IMG/VR virus record: IMGVR_UViG_3300025011_000027
Span: 27,967 to 91,966 of that record
Strand: one strand, 5' to 3'
Origin: a virus
Length of the DNA: 64,000 nucleotides
This document shows, one piece after another, positions 10,720-20,422 of the stretch. The notes beneath the pieces were generated by a model. That model saw only the letters and a program-made list of their open reading frames with translations, did not search any database and had not been told where the DNA came from. Each line of letters begins with the position of its first letter. The stretch's first letter is position 1. A program made the translations under genes and the position numbers.

Positions 10720-11073
10720 TCATACGCCCACTGGATCTTGTTCTCCTCGTACTGGCTTTCGAAAAGAGTCTAACCATTTTCTAACCTCTTGTCCAAGAGA
10801 AATAAGAGCTTCAAGGTCAAATAACTTGTCATAATCCCATCCGTTAGTACTCTTGTCCTTTATAAACTCTTTGGGAGCTGCACTAACTACAACATCTAAA
10901 AGGGCCATAACTTCTATTAAATCCCAATCATTAATCGAGAGATTCAACGATTCAGAGTACCGCTGCATTCTTTTTGAAACATCTAAGCGTTGTTTAAGAC
11001 TCGGAATTTTGCAAGTTACTTTACCGAAAGCACTATCAAACTCTTTTTCTTGGGACTGTGTTAAATGATCCAC
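10720..11073 (-). CDS. tail assembly chaperone
   Basis: Between tail tube and tape measure; ends WLDSFRK. Confidence 0.75.
   Translation of the reverse strand: MDHLTQSQEKEFDSAFGKVTCKIPSLKQRLDVSKRMQRYSESLNLSINDWDLIEVMALLDVVVSAAPKEFIKDKSTNGWDYDKLFDLEALISLGQEVRKWLDSFRKPVRGEQDPVGV
10759..10767 (-). other. putative +1 programmed ribosomal frameshift site TCT-TTT-CGA
   Basis: The +1 frame opens immediately here (TAG just upstream) and runs to 10326. Confidence 0.6.
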
Positions 11074-11095
11074 TTAATATACCCTCTCTCCGTTT

Positions 11096-11125
11096 AAAAT
11101 AAACGGACGGTGTTAACCGCCCGTT
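11096..11125 (-). terminator. intrinsic terminator after the tail tube gene
   Basis: AACGGGCGG-TTAACA-CCGTCCGTT-TATTTT. Confidence 0.65.
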
Positions 11126-11131
11126 GTTTGA

Positions 11132-11578
11132 TTAACCTAATAAATCTCCCGCTAAATCTAAAGCTACAAAACTATGATCGTATTTCATAGCTTGACCAGT
11201 ATCCACTGAATAACCCATACTGCTTGGCATACATGATAGCGCCTTAATCAATAAGGAATCGGGCGTGTTAGTTCCTGCAATTGAGCTATATACTCCCACA
11301 TCAAAGACGTTACCTTCTAAAATATCTCTAACTGAGGTGCTAGGGAGAATTCCCTGTGCAGCGAGGTTAGTAGAAATAAGTAAGATACCTGATAAGCTTA
11401 CAGTAATTCGAGCAATTCCAGGAACATACTCTACTACTACATTATCTCCAATACCTGCTTGATCCTGCAAAGCGAAATCGGCGGCGATTCTTAAAGAACT
11501 AGCAATACCAATGACTTTATTTTTGATAACAATTAGAACTTGATTGGCAGACCTAACTTTTTTGTTTACTCCGTTCAT
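11132..11578 (-). CDS. tail tube protein
   Basis: SANQVLIVIKNKVIG...GIGDNVVVEYVPG; directly after the sheath gene. Confidence 0.8.
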   Translation of the reverse strand: MNGVNKKVRSANQVLIVIKNKVIGIASSLRIAADFALQDQAGIGDNVVVEYVPGIARITVSLSGILLISTNLAAQGILPSTSVRDILEGNVFDVGVYSSIAGTNTPDSLLIKALSCMPSSMGYSVDTGQAMKYDHSFVALDLAGDLLG

Positions 11579-11593
11579 TAGTCAATCGCCCCC

Positions 11594-13315
11594 TTACGCT
11601 GTTTTACTGTAAACTGTGAAGTTTGCTGATATTCCCGCGAAGTTCATTGGAGCTGGTATAGTCGCTTTGTACGTGGTAGTGATTGCATTACCTGTCAGTA
11701 CTGAAACAACATCACTATAGGCAGGAGTGTCTTTGTCTCCAACAATTGCTCCTTCGTCACGCAATAACCGAAGAGTCGAATCAGCCGCGGACTGCATCAT
11801 ACCAGCACCTGATGGACTTCCATCTTTACCAATAAGCTCATCTTGTGCATCTCCGACCTTCATCATTACATAGTCTTCGTTACACACCATTGATAACTCA
11901 ATATTGTCGAGATCATTGTCCACTTGCCAAGTAGTCAAGCTTCGAACTATTCCGAAATAGCTACCTTGCTCACTTGAGAAAAATTTAATTGCCATAACTC
12001 CGAGGTCACTCAAACTGTCATAGTCTGATTTTTGGAGGGTACTCTGTAGAGTTCCCTCTAGTCCTTTAGCTGTGACTGGCTTACGAGTTAAAGCTGAGGT
12101 TATTGTTAAACTAGATAACAATGCTGCAATTTGACCCGTAATGAGGTAGGGATCATATGCGGTAAGCAGTCCTGTTAGATAGTCTAAATCCTGTATACCT
12201 GGATAAATGATAGACACACGGCGAGAGTTAAGATTAGAGCTTCTAACTCCAACTTGAGTAACCGTTTCTCCTTTAACCCCTCCTACGATGCTAATACGGT
12301 TATGTCTGATAGTTGGATCTGACATATAAGCATTATGAGTTGCAGCCATCGCATGAACGGAAGCATCTGCGGTAACGGGCACAATGATCCTAGCTTGGGG
12401 AACATTCTGAAGAGCTGTGAACACATTAGCCCAATCAGTATTAGTCGTAATACCATCCGATCCCCCAGCTAAGTAAGCAGGTGCGGTCATTGCAGTTGGC
12501 AAAGCTCCAATTAGTGAAGGCCTAGTTGCGGTTACGATTGAAGTCGTATTGTACCAGTCTATCAAAGCTTGAAGATTTGCAGTAACGATTACTGGACTAG
12601 CTTTTGCAGGAGCATTTGCAACGGAGTCAAGGAAATTTAAAGTCGAAGCTGAGGGATTTGACCCTGTGACTGTTGCAGTCCATCCAGCCGTTGAATTGAT
12701 CAAGTTTACTACTTGCTGAATCGTTTGGTAAGTAGAGAAAGGAGCAGTCCAAACAACTGATTCTGACCCTAAAGTACCTGCCGAACCACTTATTGTACCT
12801 GCTGCATTGTCTACGTTAAGTAAAGCTGAAGCACTTGCTCCGGTGTACTGAACGCTTAACACGGCTTGATACAAGTTATCTTTAGTATATGAGAACCCAT
12901 CTTGGGTAACCGTTCCTTTAAGACCTTGAATGGTACCTGCGGCAACTTGGGTAGAAATTAAGTTAGTGAATACCCCGTAGTCAACAGACTTCAAGTTAAC
13001 AACTGGAGCGGAACTGGAAAGAACGTCATAAGTTGCTTGAAGAGCAGGGTTTACTCTCATATAAGCAAGATATGGAGCACTTGCGTCAATGTACGAACGT
13101 CCAGCCGCTATTTGTAGATCACCACTCCGCAGCTTAGTAAAAGCGTCTTGTTGCCCGTTGAGCATTTGAAGGGTTTTTGGCTGTCCACCACCACCTGATA
13201 TTCCGAGAAGTACAACCATTCGTTGAGAGCTTGAAGGGCTAGACATCCCTGACGAAGACCTAGTTGCAATTACTCCGGGTTGTATAATTGTGGATCCTTG
13301 AAACGAAAAAGGCAC
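11594..13315 (-). CDS. tail sheath protein
   Basis: 573 aa; IIQPGV, LRSGDL, YLAGGSDG, LNSRRVSIIYPG, IVRSLTT motifs (SPO1/Twort-like). Confidence 0.9.
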   Translation of the reverse strand: MPFSFQGSTIIQPGVIATRSSSGMSSPSSSQRMVVLLGISGGGGQPKTLQMLNGQQDAFTKLRSGDLQIAAGRSYIDASAPYLAYMRVNPALQATYDVLSSSAPVVNLKSVDYGVFTNLISTQVAAGTIQGLKGTVTQDGFSYTKDNLYQAVLSVQYTGASASALLNVDNAAGTISGSAGTLGSESVVWTAPFSTYQTIQQVVNLINSTAGWTATVTGSNPSASTLNFLDSVANAPAKASPVIVTANLQALIDWYNTTSIVTATRPSLIGALPTAMTAPAYLAGGSDGITTNTDWANVFTALQNVPQARIIVPVTADASVHAMAATHNAYMSDPTIRHNRISIVGGVKGETVTQVGVRSSNLNSRRVSIIYPGIQDLDYLTGLLTAYDPYLITGQIAALLSSLTITSALTRKPVTAKGLEGTLQSTLQKSDYDSLSDLGVMAIKFFSSEQGSYFGIVRSLTTWQVDNDLDNIELSMVCNEDYVMMKVGDAQDELIGKDGSPSGAGMMQSAADSTLRLLRDEGAIVGDKDTPAYSDVVSVLTGNAITTTYKATIPAPMNFAGISANFTVYSKTA

Positions 13316-13316
13316 T

Positions 13317-13523
13317 CTACTTCACCTCCTGTTTAGAATATTTTTCAATGAGCTTATGCCAATTCTCGTCAGTATCAGCAAAGTGGAATTCTCTTTCCTG
13401 TGTATGATAGAATCCACCCATTAGCTCGACTCCATACTTCAATGCATTAGCTTGAGCAAAAGAGCTTAAAGGAACTAAAACTACATCAGCCTCTGGTGGC
13501 AGTACTTCTTTGTCGACATCCAC
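13317..13523 (-). CDS. small virion-associated hypothetical protein
   Basis: More likely start is GTG at 13523 after AAGGAGG, not the ORF-track start. Confidence 0.6.
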   Translation of the reverse strand: MDVDKEVLPPEADVVLVPLSSFAQANALKYGVELMGGFYHTQEREFHFADTDENWHKLIEKYSKQEVK

Positions 13524-13539
13524 GTTCTGTTCCTCCTTT

Positions 13540-14160
13540 CTAAGGTAATTGCGAAAATACTGAGAAAGTTCCTGAAGAATAAGCATTCGTAACAACGGTC
13601 GGAGTAGCTGTGAAAGTCTTATCATATTCAGCACTCATTATTATTCCTCGTGCGAATGTGAATACTGGTAGCCACTGAGGGGATGGTTCAAAATCCCCTA
13701 ATCCTGTTGTTAAGTTTCCTAATCCCTCTTCGTTAAAATAACTGTAATGAGTCAACAATGCCCAAGAACATATTGCAGATAACCAAATAACTACATCAGC
13801 ATTTGGGGAGTAGATAGTGGCTTTTAAAGTACCTTTAAACCTAGCTCCTTTAATATCTGTGAATGTCCCGTCACCATTATTAATTGTTTCATAAACTAAC
13901 CCAATAGGAGTCTGTTCAGTTATTTGACCCTCATTTGCTATTGTGACGCCAATAAAGGGCATATGACCCGACTCCATAGGAAATCCTGGAGCCAAGTTTA
14001 TTTTTGTCTTAACATTCCCAAAGTATGACTTTGCAGCGGCAAGTTCAGAATCACTTAAAGCGTCCAGTATATCCTCTAACAACGACGGATTTTGCTGAAC
14101 GCTCTTGATACCGTTTGCTAAAGCATTTAGCATATAGGTTTCGGTCATCATCCCTGCCAT
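13540..14160 (-). CDS. tail completion / neck protein
   Basis: GFPMES..MPFIGVTIANE...IYSPNADVV; upstream of the sheath gene. Confidence 0.6.
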   Translation of the reverse strand: MAGMMTETYMLNALANGIKSVQQNPSLLEDILDALSDSELAAAKSYFGNVKTKINLAPGFPMESGHMPFIGVTIANEGQITEQTPIGLVYETINNGDGTFTDIKGARFKGTLKATIYSPNADVVIWLSAICSWALLTHYSYFNEEGLGNLTTGLGDFEPSPQWLPVFTFARGIIMSAEYDKTFTATPTVVTNAYSSGTFSVFSQLP

Positions 14161-14162
14161 AT

Positions 14163-14561
14163 TTAAGACCTCTGAGAGATAGCTGTAACGGTTACTGCTC
14201 CACTAACATAAGTAGGTATTGTTGCTCTTATAGATTGATATAATCCTACATACTGTGTTATTCCGGGAGTAGTCACAGACGCTAGAGTTAACCAGTTCAC
14301 TCCGTCAAGCGTAGCTTCCAAAAGAACAGTTGCGTCGAATGTACCAGTTACCGCAATTGCGTGTAAATTCCTACCTAGAACATGAATTTCAGGAGTAGTT
14401 GTTCCTAAAACTTTGGCTGCCGACACTGCATCAAACAATTTGAACTGAAGGGGATATGATGTCATAAAGAATAATGGTTGTGCGCTTCTTAATGATACAT
14501 TTGGGAGATAGGGGAGGACATTACTCTCTCCCCTAATTACGTTACCTGGTTGAATTATCAT
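14163..14561 (-). CDS. hypothetical virion protein (beta-sandwich)
   Basis: GTFDATVLLEATLDGVNW motif. Confidence 0.5.
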   Translation of the reverse strand: MIIQPGNVIRGESNVLPYLPNVSLRSAQPLFFMTSYPLQFKLFDAVSAAKVLGTTTPEIHVLGRNLHAIAVTGTFDATVLLEATLDGVNWLTLASVTTPGITQYVGLYQSIRATIPTYVSGAVTVTAISQRS

Positions 14562-14793
14562 TTTCTACCGCCGCCTTTTTCAAATCCAGTTTTACCTTTT
14601 TCTCGGCGTTTGATTCTCCGGTCTTGTCAGTAGTATCTTCACCAGTATATGCTGAAAGTTCAGCCGCTCCGACTTCCATTAAGAAGTTCCCAACTTCTTC
14701 GTCAACCTCAGCAAGTCCATCTTCGAAAGCTACCGTAACTGGTGTCGCATTAACAAAACAGGTTAGTTCCTTATGAGTTGATTCAATAAACAA
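14542..14793 (-). CDS. hypothetical virion protein
   Basis: VAFEDGLAEVDEEVG; directly follows the major capsid gene. Confidence 0.55.
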   Translation of the reverse strand: MFIESTHKELTCFVNATPVTVAFEDGLAEVDEEVGNFLMEVGAAELSAYTGEDTTDKTGESNAEKKVKLDLKKAAVENDNSTR

Positions 14794-14816
14794 TAGAGCC
14801 TACTCCTCTCTAAATC

Positions 14817-16265
14817 TTAGTACCCAGATTTGCCGATGTTTACAACCATAAACTGTCGCTCAGGAGCTTTTACGGCAAGAGTGTGCAGATACAACAGACC
14901 GAAAGGAATAGTGGTATTTTGGATGGCCAGAGGCAATTTTAGCAGCGGAGCCATTTGAGCCATTACCATATTCATTGGATTCTTGTTCATAAAGCAAGCA
15001 ACATCTGTTCCAGGCATAATGCTATTGTCATCTACGAACAGAGCATTTGCAGTTGCAGTACGAGCAACATCTCCGATCCATTGAGCGTCAGAACCTGTTG
15101 AGATAAGACCACGATACACACGATAACCCCAAGCACCCGTTACATTAGGAATAGTGACTGTAACAACTTGACCGGCCGCGGTAACTGTTCCTGCGGATAC
15201 AGTAGTTCCGAGAGATTCACCCTGAGCATTAAAAGCAGATACGGTGTAGTAATTCGTTGCAGCATCGGCAGTCTTGAAGTTAGACACTTCAGTACCGGTT
15301 ACTGAACGAGCAGCGGCAGTTGGTCCAGAAGGAGCTGCACAAGCACCACTATCCGCAGAAGTTAAAGGCGCTCTTCCACCATCAAACGGATCCAAGAAAA
15401 CGTCTTGAGTGAAAGGCATAAATCCGATTTGAGTTCTGTATCCTTCGATAGGAGTACCAGCTGCAAATCCACCGTCACGAGCTGTCAAGTTCATATTACG
15501 CTCAGACTCGGTCTTCATGAGCTGAAGAGTGGCAAGCGTGTCAGGAGACAAGAAAGATCCAATGTCCCGAGTGGTCGTTACGAAAGCTTTAGCCATCTTA
15601 GCAGCAATTCCACTGATAACATCAAATGTCATTGGCTGACCATGCATGTCGATAACGTTTAAAGGAGCGTTCGCTTTCAGGTTACGATAAAGGCCATCAT
15701 AGAAAATATCCGATCCGCCATTGTCTTTGATCGTGCTATTTCCCCAAACTAGAGCATGCTCAACGGATCCGAGCAATTGCATGGTACCATCATATTCTTC
15801 TTCGTCAACTGGGTTGGTGAACATTCCTCCGAGTGCTCCAGCTAAGTTAGAAATGACAGTTGTACCACGTTGTACCCCGAAGAACCGAACAGGCTCAGTG
15901 TTGCGGCTCCAAGAACCGAGTCCAACCGGCCCGATCGCGCCCTCAGCAAAAGCATTAGCTCCGCGAGACGTACCGTACTGATTACGACGATTCCATTGGT
16001 AAATCGGGTTGATGCTAGGCACACGCTCAATAAAACGTTGCTTAACGAGTTGTTCTTCACTGAAAAGTACAGAGGTCATAATGCTGTCCAAGTTTTGGAG
16101 CAATAAGTTTGTACCATCAGCCATCCCTGTAATACTACCGGTTGCAAGTGCTTTGACAAGAGGAGCGGAAAGTTGATTCACAAACTGATCTACCCCGACC
16201 CAGCCGGCTCCAAGAGCGTTTTTAGCTAATTGGTTAAAGGATTTTACTAAGAACTTTTCAGCCAT
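14817..16265 (-). CDS. major capsid protein (Herelleviridae-like, with Fn3-like insertion)
   Basis: LVKALATG, LLLQNLDS, VEHALVWGNS, FYDGL, VIDMHGQPM, YYTVSAFNAQGES...YRVYR, QMAPLLKLPLA. Confidence 0.9.
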   Translation of the reverse strand: MAEKFLVKSFNQLAKNALGAGWVGVDQFVNQLSAPLVKALATGSITGMADGTNLLLQNLDSIMTSVLFSEEQLVKQRFIERVPSINPIYQWNRRNQYGTSRGANAFAEGAIGPVGLGSWSRNTEPVRFFGVQRGTTVISNLAGALGGMFTNPVDEEEYDGTMQLLGSVEHALVWGNSTIKDNGGSDIFYDGLYRNLKANAPLNVIDMHGQPMTFDVISGIAAKMAKAFVTTTRDIGSFLSPDTLATLQLMKTESERNMNLTARDGGFAAGTPIEGYRTQIGFMPFTQDVFLDPFDGGRAPLTSADSGACAAPSGPTAAARSVTGTEVSNFKTADAATNYYTVSAFNAQGESLGTTVSAGTVTAAGQVVTVTIPNVTGAWGYRVYRGLISTGSDAQWIGDVARTATANALFVDDNSIMPGTDVACFMNKNPMNMVMAQMAPLLKLPLAIQNTTIPFGLLYLHTLAVKAPERQFMVVNIGKSGY

Positions 16266-16311
16266 TGTGTTTAATTCCTCCTAAAAATGTTATTTTGTTA
16301 GCTTTTAAGTA

Positions 16312-17196
16312 TTATAGTTGAGCTTGTACTGACTCCGGAAGTGATTCGACATAAGCTTTTAAGTCAGCTTGATTTCTTACTTTTCCCAGACGAGCTAAGT
16401 CCATAGGCTCAATTTCACCTTTATTCAAGGCATCGGTTACAACATCTTGAATGTCTGATTTGCTCAAGGTTCTTGAACCACCAGTAGCGGCTGCGTCACG
16501 CTTTTCCATTACTACGAATCCAGTTGCGGGAGAAGTAACAGGTTGACTCTTAATTAACTCAATATCAGCGGCAAGAGCAACTTGACCTTTTAAGCTTGCT
16601 TCCAAACTCTTTGCAAGAACCATTACGGTTCCTTGAAGAGCTGCAATATTAGCGTTGGTCTGAACTGACATTGCTTGAACATTTTTAGCAAGGGCTCCTA
16701 GTACTTCTGAAGCTTCAAGTACTTCTTCGTACTCATCGTTAAAGTTCTTGAAAAGAGGTTCTTCTTCCTCAACAGGTGCATTCTTACTTACAGCACCCTT
16801 TGGAGTTACTTTCTTACCATGATTGGTGATAAGTGTACCTTGAGAACCTTTGTGCGGCTCATCAGGATCCTCATCCTCTTCAGTAACTGGCCCGCCGTTT
16901 GCTTTACCGTTCTTGTCGGTACCTTCCTTATTCTTCTTAACTTTTTCTTCTGGCTCTTCTTCTCCGCCGCCCATTTCATTTTCTTCATCTTTGGGTTTTT
17001 CTTCGCCTTCTTCTTCCTCACCAGTTCCCTTGCCCTTTGCGCTTTTGAACAAGTCTCTGAGGAAGTTAAGACCTTTTCCACTGAATGTAATCGCATCATG
17101 TGCGCCACCGGAAGTAGACTTTTTAAGTTCGTTCATGTGGTCTTCAAATTCTTTAGTCAATTTGTTACCGCTCCTTTTATTTAAGATAGCCCGCAA
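16312..17196 (-). CDS. head scaffolding protein
   Basis: Acidic, low complexity; between protease and major capsid genes. Confidence 0.7.
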   Translation of the reverse strand: MRAILNKRSGNKLTKEFEDHMNELKKSTSGGAHDAITFSGKGLNFLRDLFKSAKGKGTGEEEEGEEKPKDEENEMGGGEEEPEEKVKKNKEGTDKNGKANGGPVTEEDEDPDEPHKGSQGTLITNHGKKVTPKGAVSKNAPVEEEEPLFKNFNDEYEEVLEASEVLGALAKNVQAMSVQTNANIAALQGTVMVLAKSLEASLKGQVALAADIELIKSQPVTSPATGFVVMEKRDAAATGGSRTLSKSDIQDVVTDALNKGEIEPMDLARLGKVRNQADLKAYVESLPESVQAQL

Positions 17197-17941
17197 ATTG
17201 CAGACGCTTGACCAACCTATAAGCTTCGTTTTCTTTTACTCCCTTACACTTAACAAGGTGGAAGTAGGCACTCTCTGATCCTTTTCTAAATCGTCCCTTT
17301 TCGTCGTAACAATTGTGGTCACATTTACCCCAAAGAACATCTTCGATTGGAAATCCAGTTAGGGCTTTACTCGCTTCTTCAGTAACATGACCATCATCCA
17401 AGTTTTGATTGAGAAGAGGAACTCCGTTACCTGTAGTTAGTGACTTAGCTAAAAACTCAGCGAACGTATCAGTGTTAGCGGGCTTAGGAGTAAGTGCTAC
17501 ATCGTCCACCCTCGTCTTAGTGAGTCGATTCGCCTCCGTCTCTAGTATCGCCCCCTCTACTGAAAACCCGTGATTCCTTTCGGGGTCGTCTTTTTCGGCT
17601 TGCAGTAGGTCCCAAGCTGCTCTTCCTGGCTCACTATCATATAGCTCAACCAAGTGATAAAAAGCAGGACCTCTTATGCCTTTCTTGAGAGTACTTCCAT
17701 CAGAGACAATTTTAGCTTCTAATGGTTTACCCAGAACGTATTGCGGTCCTTTTAGATGATCGTAATTCAAATGACCTTTTGTCAAATAAGAACTAAATTC
17801 CATTCCAGGAACTACTAATTCTTCGCCATGTTTGTCTTTAGTTTCAGTACTCGCGACACCCCTAAGCAATCTCTTACGTTCGCCCTTTATTAGCTCTTCG
17901 TCACGTTCACAGATAACAAAAAAGCTAAAATCTGCCGGCAT
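17177..17941 (-). CDS. prohead protease
   Basis: GVASTETKDKHGE, LNYDH, GFSVEG, VALTPKPANTDT. Confidence 0.88.
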   Translation of the reverse strand: MPADFSFFVICERDEELIKGERKRLLRGVASTETKDKHGEELVVPGMEFSSYLTKGHLNYDHLKGPQYVLGKPLEAKIVSDGSTLKKGIRGPAFYHLVELYDSEPGRAAWDLLQAEKDDPERNHGFSVEGAILETEANRLTKTRVDDVALTPKPANTDTFAEFLAKSLTTGNGVPLLNQNLDDGHVTEEASKALTGFPIEDVLWGKCDHNCYDEKGRFRKGSESAYFHLVKCKGVKENEAYRLVKRLQFAGYLK

Positions 17942-17957
17942 TCACGTAACCTCCCAC

Positions 17958-17984
17958 AAAAAATAACGCATCTAGTGTGCGTTA
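17958..17984 (-). terminator. intrinsic terminator
   Basis: TAACGCA-CACTAGA-TGCGTTA-TTTTTT. Confidence 0.55.
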
Positions 17985-18013
17985 GTTTTGTATTTAGTGT
18001 TTTAGTGTTTTTC

Positions 18014-18748
18014 TTAAAATAAGAGAAGAGTAAGGGTATCCGATGCCACGGTACATTTTAATGAGAGAGTGGTTGAGGTACTTGTGATTAGAGTAGTTGT
18101 CCCATCAGTGTCAACTGCTGCATTAACTGATCCAATATTAAGCGCCGCGGCTACGTCATTTTCAGCACCTGCGGCTATTCTAACTTTAGATGCACTACCA
18201 GTGGTACCTGAAGTAATAACATAGACGTTGTTCGTAAAGGTTACTGTCACCGCAGCGTAAATTCCGCCGAGTGCGCGAATGTCTGTTTGCATTGCGGCAG
18301 CTATTCCTGCTCCTGTGGTCAATCCCGCAAGGGTTAAGGTTACGCTTTGATATGTGGGAGTTGCTGAAACATCGCTATCAACGGCAATCTTGAAGGTCGT
18401 TGCAGAACCTGCACTAATATCAGTACTCGGACTTGCAGCTCCCGTTTCATAACCTGCTGCAACTGTGCCACCATGGAATGGTCTTCCGCCCTTTTGACTA
18501 TTTACGAGTACATACCCTACTGGAGCCCTGCCTAATGCGTGTGTTACTGTATCAGCGGTGTTTGCCGTTGCATTTGTTGCATAAGTAACATATACACCAT
18601 CAATATCACCTGGTACTGCTCCAGAAACACCTGTCCCTAAACTTCTTTGAGCCGCTAGTGCTTTCAGTAATGCACCAGCTTTAACTCCCGGAATAGCTAC
18701 ATTAATCGCCCTTACCTGTTTATCAGTGAGTTGAACCAACATTGACAC
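18014..18748 (-). CDS. virion decoration / fiber-like protein
   Basis: A/T/G-rich beta protein; VTHALGRAPVG motif. Confidence 0.5.
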   Translation of the reverse strand: MSMLVQLTDKQVRAINVAIPGVKAGALLKALAAQRSLGTGVSGAVPGDIDGVYVTYATNATANTADTVTHALGRAPVGYVLVNSQKGGRPFHGGTVAAGYETGAASPSTDISAGSATTFKIAVDSDVSATPTYQSVTLTLAGLTTGAGIAAAMQTDIRALGGIYAAVTVTFTNNVYVITSGTTGSASKVRIAAGAENDVAAALNIGSVNAAVDTDGTTTLITSTSTTLSLKCTVASDTLTLLLF

Positions 18749-18912
18749 CTCCGACCTTTTTAATAAGTATCTTTGAAATTATTTGACTACAAGTTTAGAA
18801 TAGTTAAGTCTTTCTCCATTAACTGCGCTCATTTTAGCACCGATCCAGTGATAATACAAGGTATATTAATAGTCTTTCATAAATAATTGTTCCTCATAGA
18901 CCACCCCCTTCA

Positions 18913-19719
18913 TCATAAAGCACGTTCTACCAACTTAAGCAAATTCTCAGTAACCTTCGGGATACAAAAAGAATAAACTGCTTGAATGATAGGATTAGGT
19001 TCGATACTAGGATGCCACCAACTTAATGGGTCACTACCAACCTGTTTTCCATTAACTACTCTAGGAGTTGAAACTCTTCTAAAGGTCACATAGTTTGTAT
19101 GGCCTGGATTCCCTGTTTTATACATTCCGTGATAGACACTGGATTGATGAGTGTATCCCTTGAAGCTAGTTTCAGAAGGAGCGTCCCAAGTGAGTGGAGC
19201 CTCCCACTTTATACCCCCAGTTCCGTGTGAAACGCTCCTAGTAAGCTGCTTAGCTTGTTTGTATACTTCATCAGGCATGCTCATTTTAATTGATATTGCG
19301 CTTGCCCCAGAACTTGGTGAAGTTGGAGTATAATGTCTGAAAGGGATAGTATTGTACTTCCCTGACCCATCTTTGGTTGTTCTAGCTTTAGGACCGCTAA
19401 GTAAGTCTGGTTTCATGTCCCAAGCTTCTTTTCCACCTTCAATCTCTAGTACTTCTTTAGCATACCCAACTGGAGATACAATAGCTTTAAATTGGGAAGG
19501 GAAATTCAATGAGTCACCAGTCGAGAGTGCTTTTGCATATTCATCATCAGTAAGACTTTTTGACATTCCAGGAAGTACGTTTCCTTGAACTGCGGAACGC
19601 CACACATCACGAACATAAATGGCAGCGTTCTCCAAACCTCTCTGAAGTAGTTCTCCATTTATTCTAACGTCATTCAGAGCATCACCTAACTGAGATAAAT
19701 CAACATCTATTTCGTACAT
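18913..19719 (-). CDS. neck / head-tail protein
   Basis: WDMKPDLL, YNTIPFRH, YVTFRRVS...SDPLSWWHP (Herelleviridae-like). Confidence 0.65.
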   Translation of the reverse strand: MYEIDVDLSQLGDALNDVRINGELLQRGLENAAIYVRDVWRSAVQGNVLPGMSKSLTDDEYAKALSTGDSLNFPSQFKAIVSPVGYAKEVLEIEGGKEAWDMKPDLLSGPKARTTKDGSGKYNTIPFRHYTPTSPSSGASAISIKMSMPDEVYKQAKQLTRSVSHGTGGIKWEAPLTWDAPSETSFKGYTHQSSVYHGMYKTGNPGHTNYVTFRRVSTPRVVNGKQVGSDPLSWWHPSIEPNPIIQAVYSFCIPKVTENLLKLVERAL

Positions 19720-19721
19720 AC

Positions 19722-20408
19722 TTACACCCCATTAAAAACCACATGTTTTTTTCTTAGCAAGACCTTTTGCCCCAAGTTAGTTCCGCGCTCTCTTCTAGGT
19801 TGCGGAGGCGCGAATACTATCCAATCTACGAGTGCGGAGTACTTAATACTGTATGGTGTACCAGGATCGGGTTCAGAACCTCCTACCACATCCCAGGTTA
19901 TACTTCTTCCTTCAATCGTAAAATCTGTATCCTTGACATAATAAGCAACATCACCAGTCACAGGATCAACGGTGATACACTCAGAAACGTCAAGAATAGA
20001 ATAGTTAGCTGTATCAGTATCCGAAGTATCAGATCGTGTTATAAGCTCTCCTTCATAAGGAATACCTTCTTTCCAAGTAAGTTGTATCCTGTCATAATCA
20101 CTCAAAGTCTGAGGGATATTTGGAGAGAATACAAGATCACCTGGAGAAGCTATTCCTGATTGAAGCAGTTCTTTATGCTGAGATATGTTGGTTACCATAC
20201 CAATTATCTTTCCCTTGTCTAACCATACCCACCCTAATCCATTACAAGCTTTACAATTTGGATTAGCTCTATTAGGATCGAGTACATATCCGGTTTGGGA
20301 GAGTGTGCAAGTACATTTCATCCCTTGACTGTATTTTACACTCTCTCCGTGTCTCTTAATAAATTCACTTTGTCTATTAACACTTACTTTTGAGTTGTTT
20401 AAAGGCAT
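19722..20408 (-). CDS. head closure / neck protein
   Basis: FIKRHG..V.....KCTC...NCKACNGLGW. Confidence 0.65.
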   Translation of the reverse strand: MPLNNSKVSVNRQSEFIKRHGESVKYSQGMKCTCTLSQTGYVLDPNRANPNCKACNGLGWVWLDKGKIIGMVTNISQHKELLQSGIASPGDLVFSPNIPQTLSDYDRIQLTWKEGIPYEGELITRSDTSDTDTANYSILDVSECITVDPVTGDVAYYVKDTDFTIEGRSITWDVVGGSEPDPGTPYSIKYSALVDWIVFAPPQPRRERGTNLGQKVLLRKKHVVFNGV

Positions 20409-20422
20409 ATTTTCTCACTCCC

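Noticed and set aside
907-14160. Contractile injection system or tailocin instead of a phage
   Set aside because: Capsid, portal, terminase and replication genes are contiguous with the tail module.
18750-18910. Short ORF after AAGGGGGTGG
   Set aside because: All frames stop quickly; at most a decayed gene remnant.
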